Origin: Schmidtea polychroa
Taxonomy: Eukaryota
Direction of reading: 5' to 3'
Assembly: GCA_044892525.1 (NCBI GenBank)
Contig: CM097885.1
Coordinates: 207,762,001-207,826,000 of the forward strand
Length of the DNA stretch: 64,000 nucleotides
A program made the position numbers and the translations under genes. Below are positions 25,201-37,756 of this stretch, one piece after another. Position 1 is the stretch's first letter, and every line of letters starts with the position of its first letter. Under the pieces are notes generated by a model, which worked only from the letters and a program-made list of their open reading frames with translations, had not been told where the DNA came from and searched no databases.

Positions 25201-28200
25201 CTGCCGGAAAGAAAACCATCTACACAACGGGTAGACATCTTGGAGGTAACTAAATAAGAGGATAATCTGGAATTCAAGTCACTAGACGAATTAGCAAAAG
25301 GAGGGATCTATACTCCCGACGATATCGAGGAAGCAAGAAGGACATTGCTATTCCCACAAATCAGAGACAGAGGTATCACGGAAATTATAAGAACAATTTA
25401 TCATGATAGCTTAATACGACCAGATTACAATCTATTATTTGGACCGGAACACTATAAAGAAGCAGCAAAGAACGTAATGATGAAAATATGGGGACGATTT
25501 ACCAATTTTGGTATTTTTGTCGCTGGATGTTCAGGAATTTACGCAATATTTGTAATTTTAAAGCTGATAATTACACAACTGATGTCAAAATATAGCATAT
25601 TCAAAATTGGAGGATGGTCATGGAAACTGCTATTAGGACTATGTCCTATGTGTGCAGAGTTTGCATTATTCAAACATCACAGAAAAGAAATTAAAGAAAT
25701 TAGACAGAAACATTTGGTCAAACATGAAGTAATTGGAACAGAAATGGAGGAGTATTCGAGTTATCGGGACGATAACAATTCAAAGGGAGGATGTAATGGA
25801 GGCTCTCGTGGAACATCTTCAAGATCAAATCAATCACGAAAACAGAACTACAACAAAAAACCGATTCTGCAACAAAGAAAATCGAGATTTAAGGAATATC
25901 TCCCTCCATATGACCAATCAAAGGAAATTTACGTGAAAAGACAGTCCTCAGAAGGAGAATATGACAGTTCCGACCAAAAATTCGACAAAAGGTCACCCAG
26001 ATTCAAGAGAAGTCCAAGATATGTACAATTGCCAACTTTGAGGAGTTTACCATCCGCACCAAACGAGGGGCGGGAACATTCAAGGGAAACAACACTCAGA
26101 ACAGGACGACACCAATGGAAAATCGGTGAAGATATCATATTTAATAATCTGACATGTTCAACATTGCCAGAATTACCTAAAGTGCACTATCCAAAGGAAG
26201 CGTTAGAGTCAATTAAAGCTAAATTTAAAGAATATAATCCTCAACTGAGTGATCCCGAATTACTGGAAGCAGAACAAACGAGAGCCAATACAATCAGTAT
26301 CTCGCACGATACTATCTTGATGGTCAATAACCCAGTGAATTTGGATAAAAAGCCAATGATAAAAATAAGAGTGAACCGACATACAGTTAATGCGGAGATA
26401 GACTCAGGAGCAAATGGTACCATAATTGAAGCTAAATTGTTAAACCATCATGAACTGCAGTCGCTAAAACCGGCAGGAGTAAAATTAACAGGAGCAAACG
26501 GATCCTCATTAAACGTAATAGGGTCATTATCCTGCCAGATTAAGCTATGTGACCAGGAGCTCCATCACGACATCATAGTGATGAGAAGTCTCCCAGCCGA
26601 ATGTCTATTGGATATGGACATCCTAAAAAGACTACGAGGAGTAGTATTCGATTGTGCATCTGGATTGTTAATCCGACCACGAGGTAAAAAGAGAAAAATT
26701 TACAACGATGATACAGCTTATATAGATCATACAACTGTTATACCACCCAGAGCGGAAACAGTATGTTTTGTAGCTACAAGCAATAATTGGGAAGGTGAAA
26801 TTGTATACGAACCAGACGAAATATTTTCGGAGAAATACAACATACCAGTTACTCATAGCGTAGGTTTAATAGTCAATGGCAGAATACCAATCAGGGTAGC
26901 CAATCTGGACATTAAACCACTTTACTTATATCCAGATACCAGAGTTGGCAAAATCTGGAAACAAAACGAACCACAAGCCACGGGAGAAGGGTCGATACTT
27001 ACCATAAAGGCAGAAGAAAGAGATCCAGATATTGAGTACTACGATGCACCTACAGCAAATAGCAAAGTGCTAACCAGAAAAGAAAACATTCAAGTAAATA
27101 TGCTATTGAGGAAATACGACCAGGTATTCCCAAAACATGAATACGATCTGGGAAAAACAAACCTGTTAGAACATGAGATTGTTCTCACCAATACAAAACC
27201 TATAAAGCTGAGACCATACCGTATTCCATTCAGTCTGGAGGAATCAGTAGAAAAACAGGTGAAATTGATGTTAAAACATGGCATAATCAGGCATAGTAAA
27301 TCACCATATCAATCGCCAATGATAGTAGTGGCCAAGAAGGATGGATCAGTACGATTATGTAATGACTATCGCATGGTTAACGAAGCAACATGCAAAGATA
27401 GCCATCCATTGCCATTGTTAGATTATATCTATGGACGCATGAGAGACGCTAGGTTCTTCTCAGTAATGGACGCCCAAAAGGGATTTTATCAAATTAAGTT
27501 AAAAGACGAGACTATACCAATAACAGCGTTCTCTAAGAGTATGGGTCATTACGAATATAACGTAATGCCATTTGGACTCACAAGAGCTCCAGCCACATTT
27601 CAAAGAGCAATGAATTTGATGCTCATGGATGTACATCATGCGATGGTATACATTGACGACGTCATAGTATTCTCGCCAAATTTGGAAAAACACTTGGAAC
27701 ATTTGGAAGATGTATTCAAGAGGTTGATCAACGCAAACATGAAAGTGAAACCAACCAAATGTAAATGGGCTGAACCAGAAGTGGTATATGTTGGCCATAT
27801 CATATCAAGAGACGGGGTTAAACCCGATCCAGCAAATGTTGAAAAGGTAAAGAATTTCCAGGAGCCTAAAACCGTTAAACATATCAAAGGGTTCTTAGGC
27901 CTAGTTGGATACTATAGGAAATTCATTAGAAACTTCTCGGTTATAGCTTTTCCACTCACGCAGTTAGAAGGCAAAAATGTCAAATTTGTGTAGAGAACAG
28001 AACAGCAAGAAGCATTTGATATGCTCAAGGAAAAACTCGTCAAGCCACCTATATTGCGATTTCCAGACTTTGAGAGACAATTTTTGGTTATGACAGATGC
28101 CAGCACTCGGGGCATAGGTGCTGTGCTAGGTCAAAGAGATGCAATTGCATACGCTAGCAGAGGATTAAAACCACACGAGAGAAACTACGCAGTGATAGAA

Positions 28201-30807
28201 CTAGAGGCTTTAGCAATTGTGTATGCTATAACCCAGTTTAGAACTTATCTTTGGGATCGAAAGATCATAGTGTACACCGATCATAGACCATTACAGTGGC
28301 TGACAAAACACACAATGGATACATCAAAACTAGTCAGATGGGCACTAATTTTACAGCCATAGGACATAGAAATCCATTACAGAAAAGGAGATCACAATGG
28401 TAATGCAGATGCTTTATCAAGAATGGACCAGGAAGAAGAAGCAGAAGATGTGAAGGAAGGACGTCTCGAAGGGACTATCTTCACACTATCTCGAGAAGCC
28501 AACCGGCTAGCTGATTTAATGAAGGCACAAAAATCTGACGAAGAAATCAATGTTATTCGTCAAGCCTTGGAAGCAAAATACGTGCACACAGAATTCACGA
28601 AATACTGGGAAAAGAATAAAGACAAATTTGTGCTGGAAGAGGGATTAGTTAAATATTCAGATGTAAGAGATAACGTTATAATGGTTCCTAAGAAATACCG
28701 TGAAGCACTCATGTTGCAGTATCACGATGGAGCCTTAGGAGGCCACATGTCATCTAGAAAAACATTGTCGAGGCTAAAACAGAAATATTTTTGGCCAGGT
28801 ATGAAACAAGACGTTAAAACCTGGTGTCAGACATGTAAGATCTGTATCACCAGAAGAAATACCGGAAAGAAACCACACGTACCAATGAAGCCGATGCCAG
28901 TACCATCTACACGTATGGAAATGACGACAATGGACGTGTTGGGGCCATTCAAAGAATCTAATAGCGGAAACAAGTACATATTAGTTTTCTGCGACTACTT
29001 GACTAAGTGGCCAGAGGCCTACCCGATGCCTAATCACAAAGCTGATACAATAGCTAGAATTTTCGTTGAACAAATTGTCTTTAGGTATGGAGTGCCTACA
29101 AAGTTATTAACGGATCGGGGAGCAGATTTCATGAGTAATTTGCTCAAAGGAATAAATGATTATTTCGGAGTTTTAAAGTTGAATACTTCCCCATATCACC
29201 CACAGACGGATGGGCTAGTAGAACGATTTAATGGAACATTAGCTAATATGTTAGCATCATATGTAAATTCAGGGCAAACGGACTGTGATATCCACATTCC
29301 ATCCTGTTTATTTGCATACAGAAATGCAGTGCACGAAGGAACAGGTGAAACACCATTTTACCTAATGTATCTAAGGCAAAGTAAAATGCCGGTAGATCTG
29401 TTGTTTTTCCCTAAAGCCACACGGTACTTGGATCAGGAAAATTATCTGATGGAAATGAGGGAAAGAATGCAGGAAGCATGGGCTAGAGCAGGTCTCAGTA
29501 TAAAATATAATCAGGAAGCATCAAAAGATTATCACGACCGAAAAGCCAAGGATCATGGCATATTGGTTGGAGACCAGGTGATGTTAGAAAGTCATTATAA
29601 CAAGAAAGGCTTATCACCAAAACTCATGCGAAATTTCAAAGGGCCATATGAGGTATTGAGAACCACAGATACAAATCTCATATTACAACTTGTAGCCAAC
29701 AGAAAAGCAGAACCAATAATGGTGCATGCTAATCGGTGTAAAAAGTGCGAAATCTCAACAAAAGGAACCTCTGGAAATTCAAAAGTAAAAGCACCAGAGA
29801 AGCAAGTGAAACCAAATACTACCGAAGAACCACAAGAACACCGATACCCATTGAGATCACGGGGTGTTCCAAAATCGGTAACCTTTTTGTTGATAATAAG
29901 CTGTATGATGACTTTGGTGATGGCAAAAAGGGATAAAAAGGCATATTTTCAGCCTATGGCAATGCAAGTGGAACATTTACATTTTATAAGAACGTATCAC
30001 GGAATTAGCATACTCACAACGTGCGATAATGCTAAAAAATTCAATTTACATTTCTATAACAAGTACCTGCGGATCCGCCAACTCAATTCAGAAGAAAAAG
30101 AGTGGGAATTATATGATTTAAAAGCAGAGACGGATTATAAACTGCATATCGCAGCATCAAGGTTATATCAGAGCGGTTGGTATACCTATCAGGTATCAAA
30201 TTGGATCCTAAGGACGGCGGATTTCACAAATCGCATATCGATATCCTACGAAAAAGATAAAGTGAAGTTTAGTCAACAAATTAGCAGGGAGGAGAAGGTG
30301 AAAGTCAGTATTCTAGACGGACCAACCACGAGAGAAACATTATGGCTATACCAGAACTCTCCCTCCCAAGAAATGTATCTAAATCAGTCCGTAGAATATT
30401 CGGTTCTAGTTATATACTATAGTCCGAGGAAACGGCAGGACGATAGGTGGTTCGAGGTATTCGAGGAGATATTACCTCTTAAACAGCCAGTTATAACGAA
30501 GATACCACCAAAAGTAGTCAGGGAGAACATGGTGATACATCCCGCGATATGGCAACATCTTAGACAGTTGCCACCTATCAAACAAATATCTTGCCAATAG
30601 ACCCCAAACCTGACAAACTGTTGTGATTGTAATGCCATCACGAACTTTAATGCAGGATACATTCTGAAAATACCCATAAGGGTATGGATTACGGTATCGG
30701 CCGTACTATCGCTAATAACTACACTGATAGCTATCAGTATTTGGACCAAGCTATATTTTAGACAAGCCATAAGGGCTTACGATGGAGTACTGATGTCGCA
30801 ATTATGA
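22183..30807 (+). pseudogene. pol: Element A polyprotein: 2x Ubl, AT-hook, Bcl-2-like, signal, class III-type glycoprotein, TM, protease, RT, RNase H, integrase, signal, FN3-like, TM
   Basis: One reading frame broken only by stops at 25255, 27991, 28360 and 30598. Motifs: GRGRPRK; LTVFDCG...YCG...DGTCEG...GEAIYSYEC; IDSGA (26401); YIDD (27649); TDAS; HDG..GGH/C..C; MDVLG; TDRG; ERFN; DLKAETDYKL. Confidence 0.9.
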
Positions 30808-31005
30808 CAATTACAGACTCCCCCGAGGGAAAAATCATATATAAATATTTATATATATCTTAAAATCTATATTTACGTAGAGCTCCAGGTAGCATTAAAA
30901 TTCAGCATATGTAGATCTTTTATAATAAGACTCATGCATATCTTTTTAGCCTATTATGGCATATCAGTATATCTGATATTATGGTTAATGATTTTTATTT
31001 CAGGA

Positions 31006-31353
31006 ATGCAGAGCCATCCAATATCCCAATACCAAGGAAGACATAGCATTATACGTGCTACGACCTTGCTAAAGGAAAAACTTATTTATAAAAACCTGGA
31101 GAAGCAGGTAATGGAGCAAAGCAGAAAAGGACAAAGGCACTGGTTTTACGGACATTGCTCAGGCATACCCAATAATTTCAAATTTGACGAGGCCCCAAAG
31201 CATCAAATGATTATTTCAAGAATCCCGGGCAAGCATAACGGCAGTATTAGGCTTACCGAGGTCATGTCTGAGTTTGGCAGACATAGTCTGACCAACCACC
31301 TGTGGATACACGCCATTAACAAACCATTTACGGTTTATGTTGTACTAGCATAG
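31006..31353 (+). CDS. Element A accessory ORF of unknown function
   Basis: The ATG at 31006 follows a TTTTTATTTCAG acceptor; the ORF track begins at an upstream ATG (30934). No recognisable domain. Confidence 0.5.
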   Translation: MQSHPISQYQGRHSIIRATTLLKEKLIYKNLEKQVMEQSRKGQRHWFYGHCSGIPNNFKFDEAPKHQMIISRIPGKHNGSIRLTEVMSEFGRHSLTNHLWIHAINKPFTVYVVLA

Positions 31354-31722
31354 CTCACTTTTTTCATCTTTAATATTCAAGCCTTCAGTATCTCCAACTC
31401 TTTGCATTGATGATAACTGATGAAGAATCAATTCCAAATTTTTTATGTTATAATTATAATTGTAAATCAAAATAAATGTTTTTGATGAATATACGTTAAA
31501 TTTTCTAATAATACGTCTAATATACGTCTAATAATACAATCAAGTACGTTCCATTGGTGGTACGCGCCGCTAGATGGGACAGGTTAGTGCGACCCACCGG
31601 TGATCCACGCCGGCATGAACGTTCTAAAGTAATAAAAATGATAATAATAATCGTAATAATAACGTAGAAGAAGATTGAGGGTTTGATTTTGAGTGCTGTC
31701 TCAAACGTGATAGCGATACAAC

Positions 31723-32480
31723 TAGAGGGTGTCACCCGGGAATTTAAAAAAAATTAATTCCCCGTTATCAACACATAAAACTACTATAATAGATTTTAGT
31801 ATTTTTATCTCAATACAATATTTCTAAATATATATTTATAAATATACAATTTTATTAAAAAATCTACTTTAGAATAAATTCTACTAATTATATGTTAGCA
31901 TCATTACGAAAAAATCATAATTAACAAGCAACGGATACGTATTGTAAATGTTTATATATTTATTATTATTCCATATTTCAATTTGTAAAAAATTTTCTTT
32001 AAAACTTTAAATAACAGTTTTTCTGTTATTTTATTTGTAGATCAAAATAAATATAAAATATTCCCGATGGCGGATTCTGTGTGGAAATATTTTACAAAAG
32101 AAAAAGGTGGCGAAAGAGCAAAATGTTTGAAATGTCCAAATAAATGGTTAAGTTGCAAAGGATCCTTAACTATTGGTTTAAAAAGACATTTGCAACATGT
32201 TCATAAAATTAATCTGTTGAAACGAGATTCAGTTGACGATCAAGATGCTGGTTCAAGCAACGTAGGAAAACTTTCAACAATATCTAAGAACCAACCTCAC
32301 AGAATATCATTCTTTACTAGAAAGCAATCAATGGCAAAATTGTGGCACGACTTGCGGTTATTGATGTATTTTCAATCCATGGAATTTGCAAAAACGAATT
32401 TATTCGCCAATCACTTAATGATCGGCAATATATTGTTGGGGTTCAATAGGAGCCAAGATAAGGAAATAATGATAAATTAA
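31723..32480 (+). mobile_element. 5' fragment of a hAT transposon with BED zinc finger
   Basis: TIR-like start TAGAGGGTGTCACCC; ORF 32067 reads SVWKYF....AKCLKC....CKGSLTIGLKRHLQHVH (BED finger), then frameshifts and truncates. No right TIR seen. Confidence 0.8.
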
Positions 32481-32899
32481 AAATAGTATTTAAAAATTAC
32501 CTAAAATAGAAAACAATTACAAATATTAGAATCAAAATATAAATAGTAATAACCAATTGCCATATTTAGATTTTTAATAAAAATAGTATTTGAATAAAAA
32601 ATATAAATAGTAAAAATAGTATTAAATAATTACTATTAATAAAATAGAGTAAATAAAATGGTATAAATACCATTGTAAATTTTAGCTTAGGGACGATACA
32701 AAAATAGGACAAACGGAAAGAAAAGAAACAATTGAGGCTCATCATTTTTGATTTAGTACCACGACTAAGATATAAATAAGTTCATTGCACCAATGGACAA
32801 TTTGGTATCATCGATTAGAAATATAGTTTTCAAAAATCGACAATTGGGTATTTACTCATTATTATCGACTTGGAAATATAGCTACCAATAAGAAGAAAT

Positions 32900-33869
32900 T
32901 TGGATTTAATAATCATTAGCCAATCAATTGGGAACTTAACTCCAATACCTATTTATTGGAATTGGAAATCAAAAAGAAAAACAGACTATAGCATCGATAA
33001 AGAAGCTCGAAAACCATGGATTCCCTTCCTCCAAGTTAAAGCACACGTCGATCAGGCCCATCCTTCTACTAACCATATCCCTCTAGAAAATTCACACCCG
33101 CAAATAACAGAAACTGACACTAACCCCATTCTGTGCATTAAGGATGTAATGAAACCCATAGTATTCACTGGGGAAGAAATATCCTCGTCAGATAACATTG
33201 AAATAATTAGACTGCCGCTCCCTGAGAATATCCTCTTTTCTAACAACATAGATAAGGAATGTGCATGATGGTCCCAACATACAATAAAAGCATATATATA
33301 CCAGAATTCGATGAGAAAGTCTACAATCTTTGTAGATCCCTTCATAGGAAACTCACTTATACAGCACAACTTCAAAGACTTCGCAGAGTGGAATGAGATA
33401 ATTATGCCCATGTCCACGGGGAAAGCCTCATAGTTCTTCTTTTTCCTAGACAAAAGACGGAAATTAGCAGTAATAATTGACCCACTTAGCTTTAACACTC
33501 ACCTTGACCTAGCCTCTAACCTCCTTGATACAATACTGCACCTACAAAATATTGTATCACCAATGTTCTTCTCCTTATCAAACATTGAATACCCTAGATG
33601 TTACTCACCCTCTGATTCTGCAGTATATGTGACTCACCTCATCTCATGTTTAAACACCCACATCCCACTTACTATACCAAACAAAACCGAAATGACGACT
33701 GAAATCAAACGCATTATAAAACATTTTGTTGAGGACAGATCTGACACGAGTGACATTAGAAAATACAAAGCCTTCTTAATTAATTTAACTGAGCAGCTTA
33801 CACAGAACCTAATTGATGCCCAATCTGCCCTACTCGAGATAGAAAAGATATATGGCAACATTAACCCTC
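32900..33869 (+). pseudogene. 5' part of a probable NeSL/Utopia-like non-LTR retrotransposon ORF with a degenerate Ulp1 (C48) protease; split by element B
   Basis: Single frame with two stops: H-x4-H finger remnant (HVDQAH), *WSQHTIKAYI, EIIMPMSTGKAS*FFFFLDKRRKLAVIIDPL, YPRCYSPSDSAVYV (catalytic His/Cys degenerate). The frame resumes at 63720. Confidence 0.5.
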
Positions 33870-34196
33870 TGTTGAGCTGAGCCGAAAGATAGCTGGGAAA
33901 TCAGGTTAAATTTAACTAAAGAAAAATAAAAAATAAAATAAATAGATCGAGGAATAAAATAGAATAGAACATAAGAAAAGTAATAATTAGAAAATAAGAA
34001 TTAAAACAAAAAACATAAAAATAAGAACAATTAAATAGGACAATAGAATGACGAAAAATAACGTAAAAGGTAGTAGATAATAAGGAAATTAAGGAAAATA
34101 AATAAAAACATAATTTTAATAAAGAAAATAAGAAGAAATAACCCAAAAACAAGGAAAATAAATTAAATGAATAAAATAAGGCGGTACTCAATTCTG

Positions 34197-34229
34197 ATTG
34201 GTCCGCATAAACAAAAAATACCTATATAA
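34197..34229 (+). promoter_or_regulatory. Candidate LTR promoter (inverted CCAAT box + TATA box)
   Basis: ATTGG at 34197-34201 and TATATAA at 34223-34229; the same motifs occur in the 3' LTR. Motif match only. Confidence 0.45.
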
Positions 34230-36416
34230 GTAAGCAGCAAATTCACTATAATCAATGTTAAAATCAAACCAATTATAGGTACCCGACAATCAGGAAAACC
34301 AAACCATACTCAGACAACTATTAGGGACAGTTTTATAGACTACTCATTCATATAACCGATTGGATCAGTTTATATTTCGGCTCAGCCTTTGGAACTACAG
34401 AATTTTTCAAATAATAAAGTAAGGATGTATTGCTATTATGAAATTTGTTTTTGAAGGATTTAAATATTTCTATTATATTAACCTAACTTTTGAATAAAAA
34501 CTTCTCCATTCGGTTTCGATCTTTTAACGATTTTATGGTTCATAAATTAATTTACAGGTCAATGATATATAAATATTTATGTTATGTTTTGTCATCAAAC
34601 GTATTGATTATGCTAAAATTATTTGTTTTGAGAAACGTGGAGTTGAGGAGACCCACGCCATGGTATGAGGAGCCTTCGGGAGCTCAGCCGGCGGGTGTGG
34701 ATCTCTTCAATCACGCAGCTGACGTGGGCCGGAATGTGGGGGCTTCCTCACGGGTCCGTCGCTGAGGGAAATAAAATGCTGCAAGCACGAGTTTAAAGTG
34801 TAGAGGAATATATTCCAATATTGAAAAGTAGAGCAAATCTGAATTGAAAATGACTGAGGTGGCTACAAACTCTTCCAAGTATGAGAATCTCATTTTCTTA
34901 GGTACTATACTTTGAAATTTTCGTCTAACATCATGAATTAGTCTCGATCGACTATTCACTTCCATGATACTCTATCATCTTGCGATAAATCCCCTTTTCG
35001 TCAAAATTCATGTCAATTTTCATCTTAACTGATAGAACCCAAGAGCTAATACATTCACTCTGATGTTATGCAGTAGTATAGGAAGTATATATGGAAGATC
35101 ACTGAACGCTTTTATTTACTAAAAAGATATTTGGAGGAGTACGTTATTGTTTTTATCAAAAGCGCCTTAACTCTTTCTGAAATCCCCAATAGCCGTAATC
35201 TGAAGTCCGTTCAGTAAAAGACCCTCTGGCCTCATAACACAGTAAACATACAAGGAGAATTTACAAAAGTATTTAATTAAAAAGATAAAATTTCGTAAAA
35301 AATTCTTTATTTTCATTAAAAAAAAAATATAATTCTGAGTTACCAGTAGTAGGAGCATAATAATCATTTCGGGAAGTTACCCCTGATAGATGTCGCTAAG
35401 ATGAGGAAGGGCTTGAGCGAGTTGATAAAATCTCCACCGGACAGGATATTCTGATGTAAAGCGAGAGAGGCAGTATAATAAAAAATTTTTTCCAAATTTT
35501 CGTGTTTGCTGAGAACTAAACAGTAGATTCATATCGGAGCTGAATGATTAAATTCCAAAAATCGATGTAATCCAAGTTCGGCAGTATAGATAAAATATGA
35601 ACATGTACAGTGAGAAGGTATAGTCTGTCTGTAAGTATGCAGTGAATGAGATTGAGCAATCACCTGCAGGTAGAATCACATGTACAATAGCGAACAATTG
35701 CATATGGCTTAGTCGATGTGATACTCATGCTGCCGGTACGGTAGCAGTGAATTCACAATTTAATCATCGATAATGAGAAAGTCGAATCCCATTGCACACA
35801 CATGGTGAACACCAACTTTTCTGAGAGATCTGAACACTAAGCCAGTTAACGAGGAGGCATGCAACAGATGGTTTGCATCATACGTGTCATACAACTAGAA
35901 TAGAAATTAGACTAGTCTAACTTATCAGCAGTGTGATTGATCAAACAGAGCAAAGTCCATTTGACTGTAAAGTTTTTGTAATCGCACGCATTTACAATTA
36001 ACTCAAATTAGAGTATTATAATCACGAATAAACTCAAATCTTTTAATTAATTTATTATCCCGATGTATTGCACCTGTCTGAATTGTTTTGCTGATAGTAA
36101 AGTCGAATCTGGTCACGCTCATGTATTGACAAGTTTTCTTAATCCGCAATAAAATTATCATGTTGGGCAAAAAGGGGGGGGGAGAATTAATTTGTTAACC
36201 CGTAAACCTATAATTACTTTACGGATGTAATATCAATCAACAGGAAGTTTCGCTAACAGTCATTCCGTTTTCTTCTTGTCGGTCATTTCAACCCATGAAT
36301 GTAATGTAGGGAATTTATGAGCCTTAATAAATAATTACGCTACTCTGATGGATTAGTAGAGCTAGCCAATTTTCGTCTTATCTCTATTATTCTTTCTTCA
36401 TTATAGCTATCAAAAG

Positions 36417-37160
36417 ATGTTGCCAAGCACGAAATCGCCCATCAAACCCTGCTTCTCCTGCTCGGACAAAAATACCGTAATCCGAGAATTACAGGCCCAG
36501 ATCGGTCGATATAAAAAGAAGATCGACGATCTGGAAGGTACATGGTTTAGCCCAGTACAAATGAAGGAAGTTCAAAAGAAATTGTACCGCAGTGAGCATT
36601 GTCGCGATGCTTTGATAAGCGAAAGTAGAGCTCAGCGTAGCCTAATCAAAGAGCAGTCCGAAGCTCTACATAAAGTTTACGTTCAAGCCGCTACAACCCG
36701 AAGGATTGTTAGTATTCCGATTAAAGAAGCGGACAATGTCTTCCCCGTTCACCATGAACCTTCAGTTAGTTCGCCACCCTTGTCGAAAAGATCTTGTCAG
36801 GAATGTGTGGAGGCCGACCTCTCCCCCAGGCCATCGGACGTACCTACTACCGGCACTGGCAAGGTATTGCATTCAGCCACGACGTCCTCGGCAATCTTGT
36901 CTGCCAACCCCTCAAAACCTAAGCGCCGCCAATTGTCCAGAGCGGAGCGTAAGAAGCGCCAACGTGAACGAGCAATGGTCAAACAACGAGAACTATCTGC
37001 CAACCACCTAAGTGCTTCGAATGATCCACCCGTAACGATCGATCTGACCGTAGGAATCCCAGGGCGAATCATATCTGCCGCTGGTGTGACTTGGGAGGAG
37101 AATGCCTCCGAGTTTTTTGATCTAGATGAGCTATTGGCGGATGCGGGGTGGGAGAAGTGA
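36417..37160 (+). CDS. LTR-encoded 247-aa protein (coiled coil, basic NLS-like patch, acidic tail)
   Basis: Intact ATG-TGA ORF that is more GC-rich than its surroundings; polypyrimidine-TATAG acceptor 10 nt upstream; AATAAA at 37291. Confidence 0.75.
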   Translation: MLPSTKSPIKPCFSCSDKNTVIRELQAQIGRYKKKIDDLEGTWFSPVQMKEVQKKLYRSEHCRDALISESRAQRSLIKEQSEALHKVYVQAATTRRIVSIPIKEADNVFPVHHEPSVSSPPLSKRSCQECVEADLSPRPSDVPTTGTGKVLHSATTSSAILSANPSKPKRRQLSRAERKKRQRERAMVKQRELSANHLSASNDPPVTIDLTVGIPGRIISAAGVTWEENASEFFDLDELLADAGWEK

Positions 37161-37738
37161 TGGCCGCAACACAATGCAACCGTGCAGGGTGCGAATGGAC
37201 AAATATACTATCTTGACTCTTTTTCTTCTTAATCTATTCTCCACCAAGTGTACTTGTTATGTAGTGTATAATTATTTAATGTATCATGATAATAAAATAA
37301 AGAAATATTTGGTTAAATTTTTGTTGTTGTTTAAATCTAACTAGCTGTGATAAAGGTTCAGCGTAGTGTTCGCAAAGCGAGAGTAAAGTTTGAGTTCGAG
37401 AGGCAGTGGTCAATTTTGTACCGAATAATGGGTCAGGGTAGAGGGAGAATCTGATGAGGTAAACAGACGTAAGTCCTTCCATCGGCCGTCAGAAAAGGGA
37501 AGTCGAGGCCTCAGTAAGGAGTAGTCCTAAGGTAGGGGCTCACCTGCTTACTGGAGTCTCGCCGACATAGCACATTTCCAACGTGAAGCAATTCGCGGGT
37601 GCTATGTTGGAGGGCAAGTTGTGCGGGGTCCTGCTCCGGGTTGACACGGGCGTATGTAGCGTAATAATATGGGCACGCACCCCTAGACAAGGACGTAGAT
37701 TGAGCAGAGTCAACCAAGCACTACCCCAGCATAATTTT

Positions 37739-37756
37739 TGGGGGCTCAGCCGGGAT
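37739..37756 (+). promoter_or_regulatory. Primer-binding site, tRNA-Pro
   Basis: TGGGGGCTCAGCCGGGAT versus the canonical Pro PBS TGGGGGCTCGTCCGGGAT (2 mismatches), 7 nt after the LTR end. Confidence 0.85.

Larger units (their letters stand above)
20632..31722 (+). mobile_element. Element A: large env-bearing Ty3/gypsy LTR retroelement, decayed, 3' LTR not found
   Basis: LTR-like end CCTAACA (20987), PBS, then a gag-to-pol polyprotein 21087-30807. The left LTR start (20632) and the right boundary are guesses; a hAT fragment starts at ~31723. Confidence 0.85.
33870..37731 (+). repeat. Element B 5' LTR (3,862 bp)
   Basis: TGTTGAGCTG...CCCCAGCA. I saw only three differences from the 3' LTR: A33875/G59860, a 9-G versus 8-G run at 36174/62159, and A37666/G63650 (not exhaustively aligned). 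Confidence 0.97.

Noticed and set aside
26700-26960. Active dUTPase between protease and RT (also 48490-48740)
   Set aside because: Beta-rich linker common in gypsy pol; the five dUTPase motifs are not recognisable.
33916-34191. Hydrophobic minus-strand ORF (and its copy at 59901-60176) as a membrane protein
   Set aside because: It is the complement of A-rich low-complexity LTR sequence; the F/L/I richness is compositional.
37448-37500. Hammerhead ribozyme at CTGATGAG in the LTR
   Set aside because: No stem II closed by C-GAAA and no matching stems I/III could be built.
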